DNA from: Pseudomonadota bacterium
Lineage (GTDB): Bacteria > Bdellovibrionota_B > Oligoflexia > Oligoflexales > CAIYRB01
Length of the DNA stretch: 64,000 nucleotides
Direction: 5' to 3'
Assembly: GCA_031416315.1 (NCBI GenBank)
Contig: JANOTL010000073.1
Span: 1 to 64,000, forward strand
The first letter of the stretch is position 1. Every line of letters begins with the position of its first letter. Shown in pieces: positions 1 to 9,646 of this stretch. Both the position numbers and the translations under genes were made by a program. The notes below the pieces were generated by a model. The model ran no database searches. It had not been told where the DNA came from and worked only from the letters and a program-made list of their open reading frames with translations.

Positions 1-106
1 GTTGCCGCGTCGCTCTGCATGCGACTTCTTCCGAGCTGCCCCCCATGATGGTGCCGGGAAGCGGCGGCGCAGGTGTCATCGCCGAGATCCCTCGCTCCGC
101 TCGGGA

Positions 107-136
107 TAGACCCTGGCGCGAAAGCGCCAGGGTCTA
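107..136. repeat. Perfect 13-bp stem hairpin with GAAA tetraloop (TAGACCCTGGCGC-GAAA-GCGCCAGGGTCTA), next to a REP-like motif at 84-107
   Basis: Inverted repeat read directly; no U-tract on either side. Confidence 0.6.
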
Positions 137-180
137 GCTATCCGTGATCGGGCCCGTGCGATTCCTGATATGATGACGGA

Positions 181-2115
181 ATGCGTGATCATCGCCCATA
201 TCGAGGTGATCTGGAGGGTCTTCGCGGCGTCGCAGTCGCCTTGGTCGTCTTGTACCATTATGAGTTGCTCGGGTTTGGCGGCGGGTATGTCGCTGTCGAT
301 CTCTTCTTCGTCTTATCGGGCTTTTTGATTTCGGGCCTGCTCGTCGAAGAAATGAACCGCTCCGGAACGATCGCGGTAGGGAGATTTTGGGCGCGACGTA
401 CGGCTCGTCTGCTGCCGGTCGCCACGCTGGTGATCGTCTGCACGGTCGTGGCGTGCGCCTTCTTGCTGCCGCCGATCCTGAGCCGGGATTTCGCTATGGA
501 TGGCATCTACGCGAGCACCTACCTGACCAATCTTCGAATGGCCTTCCGCGCTGTCGACTACTTTGCCACGGATCTTGGCGCGTCGCCGCTTCAGCACTAT
601 TGGTCTCTTTCCCTGGAAGAGCAGTTCTACTTTCTCTGGCCGCTGGTATTGCTGCCATTTGCGAGAAAGAAGCGTCTGCTGGCGACGTTGCTCGTCGGTC
701 TGGCGCTCGTGTCTTTCGGTTTTTCCATCTGGTTGACGCGGACGAACCAGCCCTGGGCGTACTTCTCGCTGCCGTCGCGGATGTGGGCGTTTTGCGCCGG
801 AGGCCTCTTGGCGTTGGCGCCGGGCGTGCTCGCCGGTGCTGACCGCCGGCTGGTCGAGGTCCTTGCGGCCAGCGGGCTCGGCGCCGTCTTAGCCAGTGGG
901 CTCATTTACTCTGACGCGACCCCCTACCCCGGCGTAGCGGCCCTCGTGCCGGTCTTCGGAGCAACTTTCCTCATTGCTGCGGGGACGAACCACGCACCGT
1001 TCGTCTTGCGTTTCGTCGTCGGCAGCCGCGGCTGCCGTTTCCTCGGCCGCATCTCATACTCACTCTATCTGTGGCATTGGCCGCTACTGGCGGTGCCGAC
1101 CTTGGTTGCGGATGAGCAGCCAACGATGCCGTATCGTGTCGGGCTCGTCCTGTTGTCCATTGCACTGAGCTACGCGACCTTCAAGCTGGTCGAAGATCCG
1201 ATCCGTCGCAGCACCCTTTGGCGTCGTGACCCGTGGAGTGCCGCTGGCCTCGGCGTGACGGCGACGCTTGTCGCCGTTTCCGTAAGTGCCGTAATTCTTG
1301 GGATGAAATTCCAGAAGGGACTTGATCGTCCGTTGACGCCGACTTTTGCGGATCTGTCCGGGGACCTTCCGAGGATCTACAAAGATGGCTGCCACGTCGG
1401 CTTTAACGGCTTTGCGCTGCAAAATTGCGTCTATGGGAATCCCGATGCCGGGCGTTCGATCTTCTTGGTCGGCGACTCTCACGCAGCGCATTGGTTTCCG
1501 GCGCTGGAAAACATTGCCCTCGAGAAAGATCGAAAGCTGATCGTGCAGTCTAAGTCGGCCTGCCCCTTCACGACTGCCAAGGTTGCAAGGTCCGAGACGA
1601 TGCTCGAGTACCATGATTGCGAAGCATGGCGCCGCAACGTCTTGGCCCGGATCCACTTGGAACGACCCGATCTGCTCGTCATTTCCAATAGCCGGAAGGC
1701 CGCTCTAGTCGACGCCAAAGGTGCTCTCGTTCCGCCGAAGCTTCGGTTCGAGCTATGGCGCCAAGGGCTGAGCGCCATCATCTCCGAGGGGCTTCCGGCA
1801 GCGCGCCGGGTCGTCGTGCTTGGCGACATCCCCAGACCGACGCGCGACATCCCCCGCTGCATCGCTCAGTTTGGCCCCGACGCGCAAGAATGTTCGATAC
1901 CTACCGGCGTTGCCACCGACCGCGCTTGGAGTTCTGCGGAACGCGCCGTGGTCGAGGGCATGGGTGCGGTTTACGTCGATCCCACGTCGTGGGTCTGTCC
2001 AAAACCTACTTGCCTACCGATTCAGAACGGGATTCTACTGTTTCGCGACAGCCACCATCTGACGGCTACGTTCGCGCTCGGTCTCAGTCGCAAAATGCAG
2101 TCTGAGCTGTTTTGA
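181..2115 (+). CDS. Acyltransferase-3 + SGNH O-acetyltransferase (OafA/OatA-like)
   Basis: LEGLRGVAV..H, DLFFVLSGFLI, HYWSLSLEEQFY, ISYSLYLWHWP, about 10 TM segments; C-terminal GDSHA and DSHH SGNH motifs. Confidence 0.92.
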   Translation: MRDHRPYRGDLEGLRGVAVALVVLYHYELLGFGGGYVAVDLFFVLSGFLISGLLVEEMNRSGTIAVGRFWARRTARLLPVATLVIVCTVVACAFLLPPILSRDFAMDGIYASTYLTNLRMAFRAVDYFATDLGASPLQHYWSLSLEEQFYFLWPLVLLPFARKKRLLATLLVGLALVSFGFSIWLTRTNQPWAYFSLPSRMWAFCAGGLLALAPGVLAGADRRLVEVLAASGLGAVLASGLIYSDATPYPGVAALVPVFGATFLIAAGTNHAPFVLRFVVGSRGCRFLGRISYSLYLWHWPLLAVPTLVADEQPTMPYRVGLVLLSIALSYATFKLVEDPIRRSTLWRRDPWSAAGLGVTATLVAVSVSAVILGMKFQKGLDRPLTPTFADLSGDLPRIYKDGCHVGFNGFALQNCVYGNPDAGRSIFLVGDSHAAHWFPALENIALEKDRKLIVQSKSACPFTTAKVARSETMLEYHDCEAWRRNVLARIHLERPDLLVISNSRKAALVDAKGALVPPKLRFELWRQGLSAIISEGLPAARRVVVLGDIPRPTRDIPRCIAQFGPDAQECSIPTGVATDRAWSSAERAVVEGMGAVYVDPTSWVCPKPTCLPIQNGILLFRDSHHLTATFALGLSRKMQSELF

Positions 2116-2218
2116 TCGCGGTGAGCCGTCGGCGCGGGAGTGTACCTCAGCCTGTCGATCCGATCCATGGCCAGCCGATCAAGACGACTCGCGTTTCGAT
2201 ACACTCGCGCAGCCTACC

Positions 2219-2761
2219 TCAGTTCGCCGAGAACGCGGCGACTCTGCCCGGCGCGTCCTTGGCGGCTTTGCCCAGGACGAAGGCCTTTCCCTCGACGAGG
2301 ATCTGCGCTGAGACGCCAGCGGCGAGCGCGACCGGCATGCCTTCGTCCGCCGCGTCGACCTTGCCTAGGACCTTCGTGTCGCCGGAGGAGGAGCGCGCCG
2401 TGATCGAGTTGTCGGCCTGAAGGAAGAGCTTCGCGTCCGCTTCGACGCCATTCAGCGCCACGAGCTGCGTCGTCGTCCCGACCGCGATCGCTTTCCAGCT
2501 TGCTCCGTCGATCGTGGTGTCGCCGCCGCACACCGAGTGCTCGACCGTCAGCGCGATCGCGCGCCCCGCGTCCGCCACGTTTGTCTCGGTCACCAAGCCG
2601 GCGAGCGACACGTGCGTACCGCAAAGCTTCGCCGCTGCCGGAAAGCTGGTGGAGGCATGGTCCGCCTCGGTGCCTTCGAGCACCGGGAGGCGCGGCATGT
2701 CCGTGGCGCAGGCAACAGCGGCCAAGGTCAGCACGGCATAGAACATCGTCTGGAGTTGCAT
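2219..2761 (-). CDS. Hypothetical lipoprotein
   Basis: Signal peptide with lipobox AAVAC; GAGG RBS; follows the upstream minus-strand genes. Confidence 0.7.
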   Translation of the reverse strand: MQLQTMFYAVLTLAAVACATDMPRLPVLEGTEADHASTSFPAAAKLCGTHVSLAGLVTETNVADAGRAIALTVEHSVCGGDTTIDGASWKAIAVGTTTQLVALNGVEADAKLFLQADNSITARSSSGDTKVLGKVDAADEGMPVALAAGVSAQILVEGKAFVLGKAAKDAPGRVAAFSAN

Positions 2762-2807
2762 CGGTTTCCTCTAAAGGCTTCTGGAGGCCAGGGACCGGGG
2801 GTCAGGA

Positions 2808-4868
2808 TCAGCGCTGCGGCATGGTCGCGCAGAAGTTCAGGCGCTGAGAAGAAAACTTGCCGTCGCAAAACGAGCGACACGTACCGGTACCTTGCGCACC
2901 GCCGTCATAGGGGCCTTCGACTTCGCGGATGGCGCGCGTCACCGGCTCGATCGTTCCCTTGACCATCTGCGAGTTCAGCTCCTCGTCGCCGTCGGAAAGG
3001 CTCGAGACCAGGGTCTGCATTGACTTCGTGAACTTCGTGCGTGTCGAGCCGTATAGCGCTGCGAGGCTGTCGTTCGTGCTCCAGCCGTTCTTGCCCGCAA
3101 ACTCCGCGTCGCTGGGCGCCGACTGGATGCCGTTGGCGTGGCAGGTGATGCAGGAGCGGCCGGTCGCGAGGGTCGAGCCTTGCTTCCAGTTCATCGGATC
3201 GATGGCGAACGGGAACTCGGCCTTGCCGCGCTCCTGCGAGCCTTCGCCGTGGATGCCGTAGTAGATGAAGCCGTTCGGCAGCTGGATCCACCATTCCGAG
3301 GCCACGGCCGTGCCGCCGTCGTTCGGGCCGGCGTTCAGGGCGCCCGTGCCGCGCTGGTCGTCTTCGGTCGGGGCCGACTGGTAGTTGATGCTGCCGCCGT
3401 CGCGGCCGTCAAACTCGTCGGTGGTGTAAGAGTAGAGCAGCTCGAGGCCGTCCTTCTTCACCGTGCGGTAGGCAGTGATGCGCGGGCCGCAGACGATCGC
3501 CTCCTTGTGGGTCGACGTGTGCGTGATCGAGCCCAACTTGTAGCTGCGCGTGAACGTGTTGAAGCTGGTCGGCGTCTTGTGCACGTTCGCGTAGGGGCCG
3601 CCGTTCGTCGCGTTGAAGACGAAGCGCGGGATGGCGACCGGCTGATCCGGAGCGAAGCGCTCGCAGTCGCCCTCCGGCGCGGGCGAGATCTGGATGTTGG
3701 CTTTCGGGGAGCAGTTGGCGACGAAAGCCCAGTTTTTGTCGGCGTCCGCGCCCCAGACCTTCGTCAGGTTCAGCGCGAACACGAGGCCCGCGCCTTCGCT
3801 CACGTCTTCCGGCACGTCCATCTCGGGAATCCACGAGAGGTGGTTCCAGGCCTTGCCGGCCGAGACGCGAAGGATGTTCGCGAGCTGCTTGTCGCTCGCT
3901 GCGCCGGCGGGAACGTAGACGTATTTGTAGCCTGGGCCTTTGGCCGTCTTGTGCTTCTCGGCGAAGCTCGCCGCCATCGCTTGGTCGTAGCCGGCCGGTG
4001 CTGCCTTATAGGGCTCGCCTCGACCGCGGCCTTCGCGGCTGTCGCGATCGGCGTTGATCTTGCCCGTCTGCGTCGTGACGTCCGCCAGGCGGAGGCCGTT
4101 GCCGGCGCGCTCTTTGAAGCCTTGAAGCTGCCACTTGCGGAGCAGCGCGACCTTGTCAGCCGGGACCGGGTCGCCGCCGCGGGGCATCCGACCGCTTTCC
4201 ATCGCGTTGATCATGCGGTCGACTTCGCCGACGCTGTTCAAGCCGTCAGGCGCGTTGTAATGAGCATGACAAGTCGTGCACTTGTAGGCGCTGCCCGCCG
4301 CGTTCGACGACAAGAACGGGAGCACATCGCCGTAGAAGGTGACGACCTTCTCGCCGCCGGCCGCGCCGCCGCCGCCGCCGCCGGAGGACGGGGGCGTCGT
4401 GCCGTTCGGCGGCGTGCCAGTCGAGGAGGGCGGCGTCGCTCCGGCTTGACCAGAGAACACCACGGTCCGCGCGTCGATGACGGTGCCGGTCGCATCGTAC
4501 GCGATGAAGCGCAGCGTCAGCCCAGCCTCTAGTAGGGCCGACGCATTCACTTTGTAGAACATCCGATCGCCCGTCGCGTAGGCGAGCGAGGCCGAGTACA
4601 TGAGTTGGGTGCCCGGCGCGCAAGTCGCGCCGTCGCGCACGTGGCAGACCGCCATCGCTTTGACCGTGTTCGGCGCTGCGAGCAGGAGCTCGAAGTCGTC
4701 CTTCGCCAGGTCATAAGGATGCGCTAGCGACAACGTGATGGCGCCAGGATATGCGGTCCCCGTCGCTTCTTCTTTCAGGGAGGCGGTCTGCCCGACTTTC
4801 TCGCAAGCGGCGAGACCGAAGGCGAGAGTCGCGAGCAGCGGGAGCGCGAGCTTACTCGGCGCGAACAT
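2808..4868 (-). CDS. Diheme c-type cytochrome lipoprotein
   Basis: Start MFAPSKL with GGAG RBS, lipobox LAAC; CTTCH (4266-4280) followed by MP..W..G monoheme pattern; CITCH (3138-3152) after a WIQLPNGF motif; Pro/Gly linker. Confidence 0.8.
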   Translation of the reverse strand: MFAPSKLALPLLATLAFGLAACEKVGQTASLKEEATGTAYPGAITLSLAHPYDLAKDDFELLLAAPNTVKAMAVCHVRDGATCAPGTQLMYSASLAYATGDRMFYKVNASALLEAGLTLRFIAYDATGTVIDARTVVFSGQAGATPPSSTGTPPNGTTPPSSGGGGGGAAGGEKVVTFYGDVLPFLSSNAAGSAYKCTTCHAHYNAPDGLNSVGEVDRMINAMESGRMPRGGDPVPADKVALLRKWQLQGFKERAGNGLRLADVTTQTGKINADRDSREGRGRGEPYKAAPAGYDQAMAASFAEKHKTAKGPGYKYVYVPAGAASDKQLANILRVSAGKAWNHLSWIPEMDVPEDVSEGAGLVFALNLTKVWGADADKNWAFVANCSPKANIQISPAPEGDCERFAPDQPVAIPRFVFNATNGGPYANVHKTPTSFNTFTRSYKLGSITHTSTHKEAIVCGPRITAYRTVKKDGLELLYSYTTDEFDGRDGGSINYQSAPTEDDQRGTGALNAGPNDGGTAVASEWWIQLPNGFIYYGIHGEGSQERGKAEFPFAIDPMNWKQGSTLATGRSCITCHANGIQSAPSDAEFAGKNGWSTNDSLAALYGSTRTKFTKSMQTLVSSLSDGDEELNSQMVKGTIEPVTRAIREVEGPYDGGAQGTGTCRSFCDGKFSSQRLNFCATMPQR

Positions 4869-5550
4869 AGAAGCTCCCTTCCGAAATGTGGTCATAGAGC
4901 GGACCGTTCGAGAATTTTTGACTTGGGATGCAGGTCTCCGACTGGCCCGGCGCGATTTCGTCGCCGTGCGGGCAGGGGCTGCCGTTCGTGTGCCACTGAT
5001 GCACGACGTCGTCGTCGTTCACGATCGTGAATTTCTTGCCGACCTTGAGCACGACTTCGCTCGCGGCGTCGTTCCAGGCGCCTTGGCCCGTGCCTTTCTT
5101 GATGTGAAACACGACCTCGTCCGAGGGCGGCGGCGTCACGCCGGTGACCCCCGTCACGCCCGTCACGCCGCTCGAGCCTGTGACGCCCGTAGCTCCTGTC
5201 GTGCCCGTCGGCGGCGTCACGCCAGGGCCCGCGCCCGGCAGGGTCGCTGCCGTCGGCACGGTCGCCACCGTCCACTTGCCGAAGGCCGCGGCCTCGTCCG
5301 CATGCCCCGACCAGCCGTTCACATATAAGCGGCCTTTTTCGGCGTCGGCGGCCGGAAGTCCCGCGCCGAGCGCTTCGGTGTTCGGAAACACGCTGCCACT
5401 GCCGCCAGGCTGCGCCGTTCCCGGCTTGGTCGTCGGCATGGTCGCCGGCAGAGGCTCCTGCGGACCGGCATTGATCGTCTTTTTCTTCACGTCCGTGCAG
5501 GCCAAGGCCAGCGCGGGGAGAAGCGCGATGATTACGGTTCTGAAGGCCAT
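4852..5550 (-). CDS. Lipoprotein with (GVT)n linker and C-terminal cupredoxin-like His/Cys domain
   Basis: Lipobox LALAC; GATGVTGSSGVTGVTGVTGVT linker; LKVGKKFTIVNDDDVVHQWH..PCPH..YDH; the cupredoxin call is inference. Confidence 0.65.
   Translation of the reverse strand: MAFRTVIIALLPALALACTDVKKKTINAGPQEPLPATMPTTKPGTAQPGGSGSVFPNTEALGAGLPAADAEKGRLYVNGWSGHADEAAAFGKWTVATVPTAATLPGAGPGVTPPTGTTGATGVTGSSGVTGVTGVTGVTPPPSDEVVFHIKKGTGQGAWNDAASEVVLKVGKKFTIVNDDDVVHQWHTNGSPCPHGDEIAPGQSETCIPSQKFSNGPLYDHISEGSFYVRAE
5134..5223. repeat. Degenerate 9-bp coding tandem repeat (G-V-T)n
   Basis: Repeated gtcacgccc/gtgacgccc units in the linker of the 4852-5550 gene. Confidence 0.7.
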
Positions 5551-5667
5551 CGAATGGACCCCACATTTCGTTCGAGCACTGTGTAGGCGCCCTGAAGCAC
5601 AGACTGTGCCCAGCGGCAGTCCGAGAGAAACCGCGGACTTGCGAGTCAGCGAGGCTCCCTCGACCGC

Positions 5668-6345
5668 CTAACTCGTCGACAGCGTCAAGCCGAGCGTGGC
5701 CTGGGCGAGCACGGGCGCCGCGAGAAGCAAGGCCGCGGGCGCGCCGATCCCGACCAGCTCGAAGAGCGGCATCGAGTCGATCAGCTTCTCGCTCTCGATG
5801 CGTGCCTCCAGCCTTCGTCGCCGGGCGAGATCGCGCAGCAGCGCACGCTTCTCACGTTCCATTGATACGCCGAGACGCACTTCGCGTAGCGTTAGCTCAC
5901 GCGTCGTGCCGTCCGTAACACCGGCGTAATCCGTGACCCAAGCAGCCACCGCCGCCTCATCCTCGACCCAGGCTCGTGGCACGCGCCGCTGTACGTAGGC
6001 GTGAACCACGACGGCGATCGCAAGCGCCGCCATGCCGGCCCAAGGATCCAGGGAACGCATCACCCACGCGTGCGCCATCGAGGCGCCGCCGATGCCCAAG
6101 GCCATTCGTCCACGCAAGAGCACCAGCACGCGTCGGATCTCCTGCGCCTCACGGGCGGCGAGCCGCATTTCGCGCGCCAGGGCCCGCACCGCGCCGTCGA
6201 ACGGCAAGCCGCGCCGTTGTGCCGCCCGCACCGCGGCCACGAGTCGGGGCGCCGCGAGATCCCGCAGCGCGCGCTCGACCTCCTGTGGCTCGGCGCTCCG
6301 GGCGCTCGCCGCAAGCTCGTGAATTTGGGACAAGAACTCGTGCAT
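5668..6345 (-). CDS. TadB/TadC (T2SS-F-like) inner-membrane protein, divergent
   Basis: Start MHEF with GGAG RBS; RRGLPFDGAVRALAREMR and GVSMERE..LLRDLARRRR helices each followed by TM segments, as in TadB/C. Confidence 0.5.
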   Translation of the reverse strand: MHEFLSQIHELAASARSAEPQEVERALRDLAAPRLVAAVRAAQRRGLPFDGAVRALAREMRLAAREAQEIRRVLVLLRGRMALGIGGASMAHAWVMRSLDPWAGMAALAIAVVVHAYVQRRVPRAWVEDEAAVAAWVTDYAGVTDGTTRELTLREVRLGVSMEREKRALLRDLARRRRLEARIESEKLIDSMPLFELVGIGAPAALLLAAPVLAQATLGLTLSTS

Positions 6346-6440
6346 CGCGGCTCTCCTGCCCGCGACTCTCGCCTCGAAATGCCATGTCCGCCAGCGACAT
6401 CGAGTTTGACCCGGACCCCACCCGCCGCTAAGCTCGCTCG

Positions 6441-6920
6441 ATGAAGTCACTCGTCGAGCAAATGCAATCCTATGCGTCGTACCACCGCGACACGCGCAAC
6501 AAGATCTCGCACTTCTTCGGCGTGCCGCTCGTCGTCTATTCGCTCTTCATCCCGCTCGGCTGGTTCCGCTGGGTCCACGGACCCGCGCCCATTAGCGCCG
6601 CGACGCTGTTCTATGCTGGCGTTTTCATCTATTACTGCCGCCTGGACTACCGTATTGCGCTCCTGCAGATGCCGATCAGCGTAGGCCTCCTCTACCTCGC
6701 GGACCAAGCCTCGACGCTCCCCATCAAAGACTCGCTCGCGTTCTTCGCCGCGAGCTTCGTGGGTGGCTGGATCATCCAGCTCTTGGGCCATGTCTTCGAG
6801 GGGAAGCGCCCCGCCCTGGCCGACAACATCACGCAGATCTTCAACGCGCCGCTCTTCTTGATGGTGGAGTTTTTGATCTTTCTCGGGTTTCGGAAAGATC
6901 TCAAAGCCCAGATCGGCTAG
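6441..6920 (+). CDS. DUF962/Mpo1-like membrane protein
   Basis: YASYHRD..N..SHFFGVP, QLLGH.FEGKRPAL..N..Q.FNAPLF motifs. Confidence 0.88.
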   Translation: MKSLVEQMQSYASYHRDTRNKISHFFGVPLVVYSLFIPLGWFRWVHGPAPISAATLFYAGVFIYYCRLDYRIALLQMPISVGLLYLADQASTLPIKDSLAFFAASFVGGWIIQLLGHVFEGKRPALADNITQIFNAPLFLMVEFLIFLGFRKDLKAQIG

Positions 6921-6926
6921 AGCCGC

Positions 6927-9323
6927 CTACCCGCGCTGCCGGTACAGGCCCATTTCTCCGATCACGTCGGCCAGCCCGTCGTAAGTCGAGCCGAGCTTAT
7001 GCAATTGCGCGTTGATGTGATTCAACACGTTGTCTGCCGGCATGCTGCCTATGAAGCGCAGGAAGACCGCCTGCATGAGGTTTCGGTAAACCCAATTCGG
7101 GTCGCGAAGCTGGGCGACTTCAGCCGCCGGCCGCGGCTTGGCGTTGAACTCGGCGCTGTTGGCGATGCTCATCCACATGTTTTGGTAGCTCTTCGCGCGG
7201 AGAATGGCGGTCCAAGCGTCATGGTCGACGGCCGCCGCTTCGCGGCCGAGCAGCGTTCGGTAGGCATGCGCGACCAAAAACTCCGCGACACCCTCGCCTC
7301 GCGCGATGCCCGCGATGGCCTTCAAGAACGACAGACGTCCCGCCATGAGCTCGTTCGACGTCAGCTCGATCCAGTCGGCGGTCGCGACCTTCGCGCCTCT
7401 GGTCGGATTGTCGATCATCGCCGAGAACTGCTCGAGGTACTCGCGATAGATGTTGCTCGGTTTATCGGCGGAGGCCGCATCCCCCGCGAACGTCGCCCGA
7501 CCCTTGGCGTTGCCATGGTATTCCAAGACGCTCGCGGCCATATCGGTCCAATGACTCTTCGCACGATAGAAGAAGAAAAACTCGGCCGTCGTCGGCAAGC
7601 GTGCGCCGAACGTCGAAAACAGTTGGCTCAAGAGATCCCGATCAGCCCAGCCAGCGGTCAAGATCTGCGCTTGAGCGCTTTCCGGAAGCGTCGAGAACGA
7701 TGGGTCTTCCGACAAGAGGCTCACGGTCCCCGCGTAACCCACATCGTTCAAGGCGCGTCGGCCCCGCTCGAGATAATCGGCGCTCGGAGTCTTGTTGAAA
7801 AATCCCGAGTATTGCTGAGTGAGCAGGTCGTCGGCGAAGGCCGGCTGGCGGACCATCTCCAAACGGAGCTCGTTCCACTTGCCCATGCCGCCCGCGAGCA
7901 CGGCGGCAGCCTTTGTGTCCGCCGCTGCCGCGACGTCCGCGTCGGTGGCGGCAGGGTTCGTCGCCTTGATCTCGCCGGTGATGGCCCGCGCCAGGCGCGT
8001 GCGATCGATCCGCACCAGCGCTGCGGCGTCGACGATCGGGTACTGGGTGAATACGCCTGAGCCATCGATTTGCGGGTGCCGGTCCAGTTTGTAACGCGGC
8101 AAGCTGAGGTCGGAGCGGAACGTCACGCGCAGGAAATGCTTCTCGCCGTCTTTGACCAGGTGACCGTACTCACCGGCCATCGTCGTCAGGCCGTTGTCCT
8201 TTCGAACGACGTCGAAAGCGCCCTTGACGAACGGGTTTGCGGCCACGGCGAAAGCGATGCGATAGGTGCCCGCGGGCACGTCGTGCGGATATGTCTTGCC
8301 GCCGACGGCGGCGACCGCGACGTAAGCGCTCTCGCCGCTCTCGGTCGTGACGTGATCGATCGAATAGATGTCGGCCACGAGGTCGCTGTTGGGGTCGCCC
8401 TTGAGGGGGTTCATGACGTCGACGGCACGCGGATCGCTGGAGCCGATCCGCGTCTCGTCGCCCATGTCCGCGAAGACGAGCCGGCGACCGTCGGCCGCGG
8501 CGCGCAATCTTGCGCAGCGGGTATTGATTTGGCGGAACTTCGCGATCGCCACGTCGATCTCGACGGCAGTCCAGCAGATGTGTGGCACGTCTTGGAATAG
8601 AAAAAGCTTCGGCACCGACGCCGACAGCTCGGTCTGGTTCAGGGTATCGAAGTCATGGCCCTGGACGACAACGTCCGTGCTGGTGAGCTTGTAGCTTTCC
8701 GCGTCCTTTTGCTCGAGTCGGCCGAGGCACGTGTGAGCGGAGCCGGCCAATCCCGAGACGGCGCATTCGAATGCGACCCAAATCTGCCCTTGGTAGTCGA
8801 GGACGGCAGGATCGTATGCCGACTCGATCGCGGGCAGGCCACTGACCTTTTCAATGGCGATCTGGCTCTTGTACGCAAAGCCGTCGCCGCTCTGGCGAAA
8901 CAGCCCCAAGGCGAAAGGTCCCGCCCAAACGTTTCCGACTTTGGCGATGTTGACGCGACCGATGTACTCATCGCCCTTCAGCCGGTGGACGGCCACGGCT
9001 TCGGGGTGGTCGACGGGCAGCTGCTTCGAGCCGTCGAGGGTGATAAGCGCCGGATGAATCGCGGGCGCTGCGCTGATGGGGCCCGCGGCGTTTGCCGCGG
9101 CGGAGTCTTCGTCGGTTGCGCCCGGGGTTTGCGACGCGGCGGCTGCTGCCGCAGCTGCTGCTGCTGCATCTTGCGGCGTCTGAACACCGGCACCCGATCC
9201 GTCCGCTCCGGCGACCGGCACGGCTCCGCTCGACGGTGCCGCAGGGCGCGATTTGTCGTCCTCACGCGAGCAGCCGGCCAGACCGGCCAGAAGCGATAGC
9301 AGCAAAGCGATCGTGTTGCGCAT
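6927..9323 (-). CDS. Large lipoprotein: Ala-rich linker, beta-rich domain, C-terminal DUF4214-like repeats
   Basis: Lipobox LAGC; YDPAVL..IWVAFEC; EFLVAHAYRTLLGREA..W...SIANSAEF is DUF4214-like. Confidence 0.7.
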   Translation of the reverse strand: MRNTIALLLSLLAGLAGCSREDDKSRPAAPSSGAVPVAGADGSGAGVQTPQDAAAAAAAAAAASQTPGATDEDSAAANAAGPISAAPAIHPALITLDGSKQLPVDHPEAVAVHRLKGDEYIGRVNIAKVGNVWAGPFALGLFRQSGDGFAYKSQIAIEKVSGLPAIESAYDPAVLDYQGQIWVAFECAVSGLAGSAHTCLGRLEQKDAESYKLTSTDVVVQGHDFDTLNQTELSASVPKLFLFQDVPHICWTAVEIDVAIAKFRQINTRCARLRAAADGRRLVFADMGDETRIGSSDPRAVDVMNPLKGDPNSDLVADIYSIDHVTTESGESAYVAVAAVGGKTYPHDVPAGTYRIAFAVAANPFVKGAFDVVRKDNGLTTMAGEYGHLVKDGEKHFLRVTFRSDLSLPRYKLDRHPQIDGSGVFTQYPIVDAAALVRIDRTRLARAITGEIKATNPAATDADVAAAADTKAAAVLAGGMGKWNELRLEMVRQPAFADDLLTQQYSGFFNKTPSADYLERGRRALNDVGYAGTVSLLSEDPSFSTLPESAQAQILTAGWADRDLLSQLFSTFGARLPTTAEFFFFYRAKSHWTDMAASVLEYHGNAKGRATFAGDAASADKPSNIYREYLEQFSAMIDNPTRGAKVATADWIELTSNELMAGRLSFLKAIAGIARGEGVAEFLVAHAYRTLLGREAAAVDHDAWTAILRAKSYQNMWMSIANSAEFNAKPRPAAEVAQLRDPNWVYRNLMQAVFLRFIGSMPADNVLNHINAQLHKLGSTYDGLADVIGEMGLYRQRG

Positions 9324-9646
9324 GGCCTTGTCCCACCGGTTCAGCCGCGGTTCTTCGGCTTCATTATCCTTAGATCGGTTCGGTGGCCTGAGAGCTTAAG
9401 CTCAGGGTTGCTTACCGCCTCTAACTCCGTGGCGCTCATTAGCGTGAAGGATCGAGAGGTTAGACGCTCGCCAATCGCCTGGCGGAAATCAGCGGCAAGC
9501 GGCGCAGATCCTGGCGATAACCAGCCGGTTTAATCGAGAACTTCCATGCAAATGCTGGACATGCGACCCATCTCAAGTTTTGAGCCACGTCACCGATCAG
9601 AAATAACCAATAGTCCCGTCCCATCGGTTTCGAAGGAAGGATTCGT

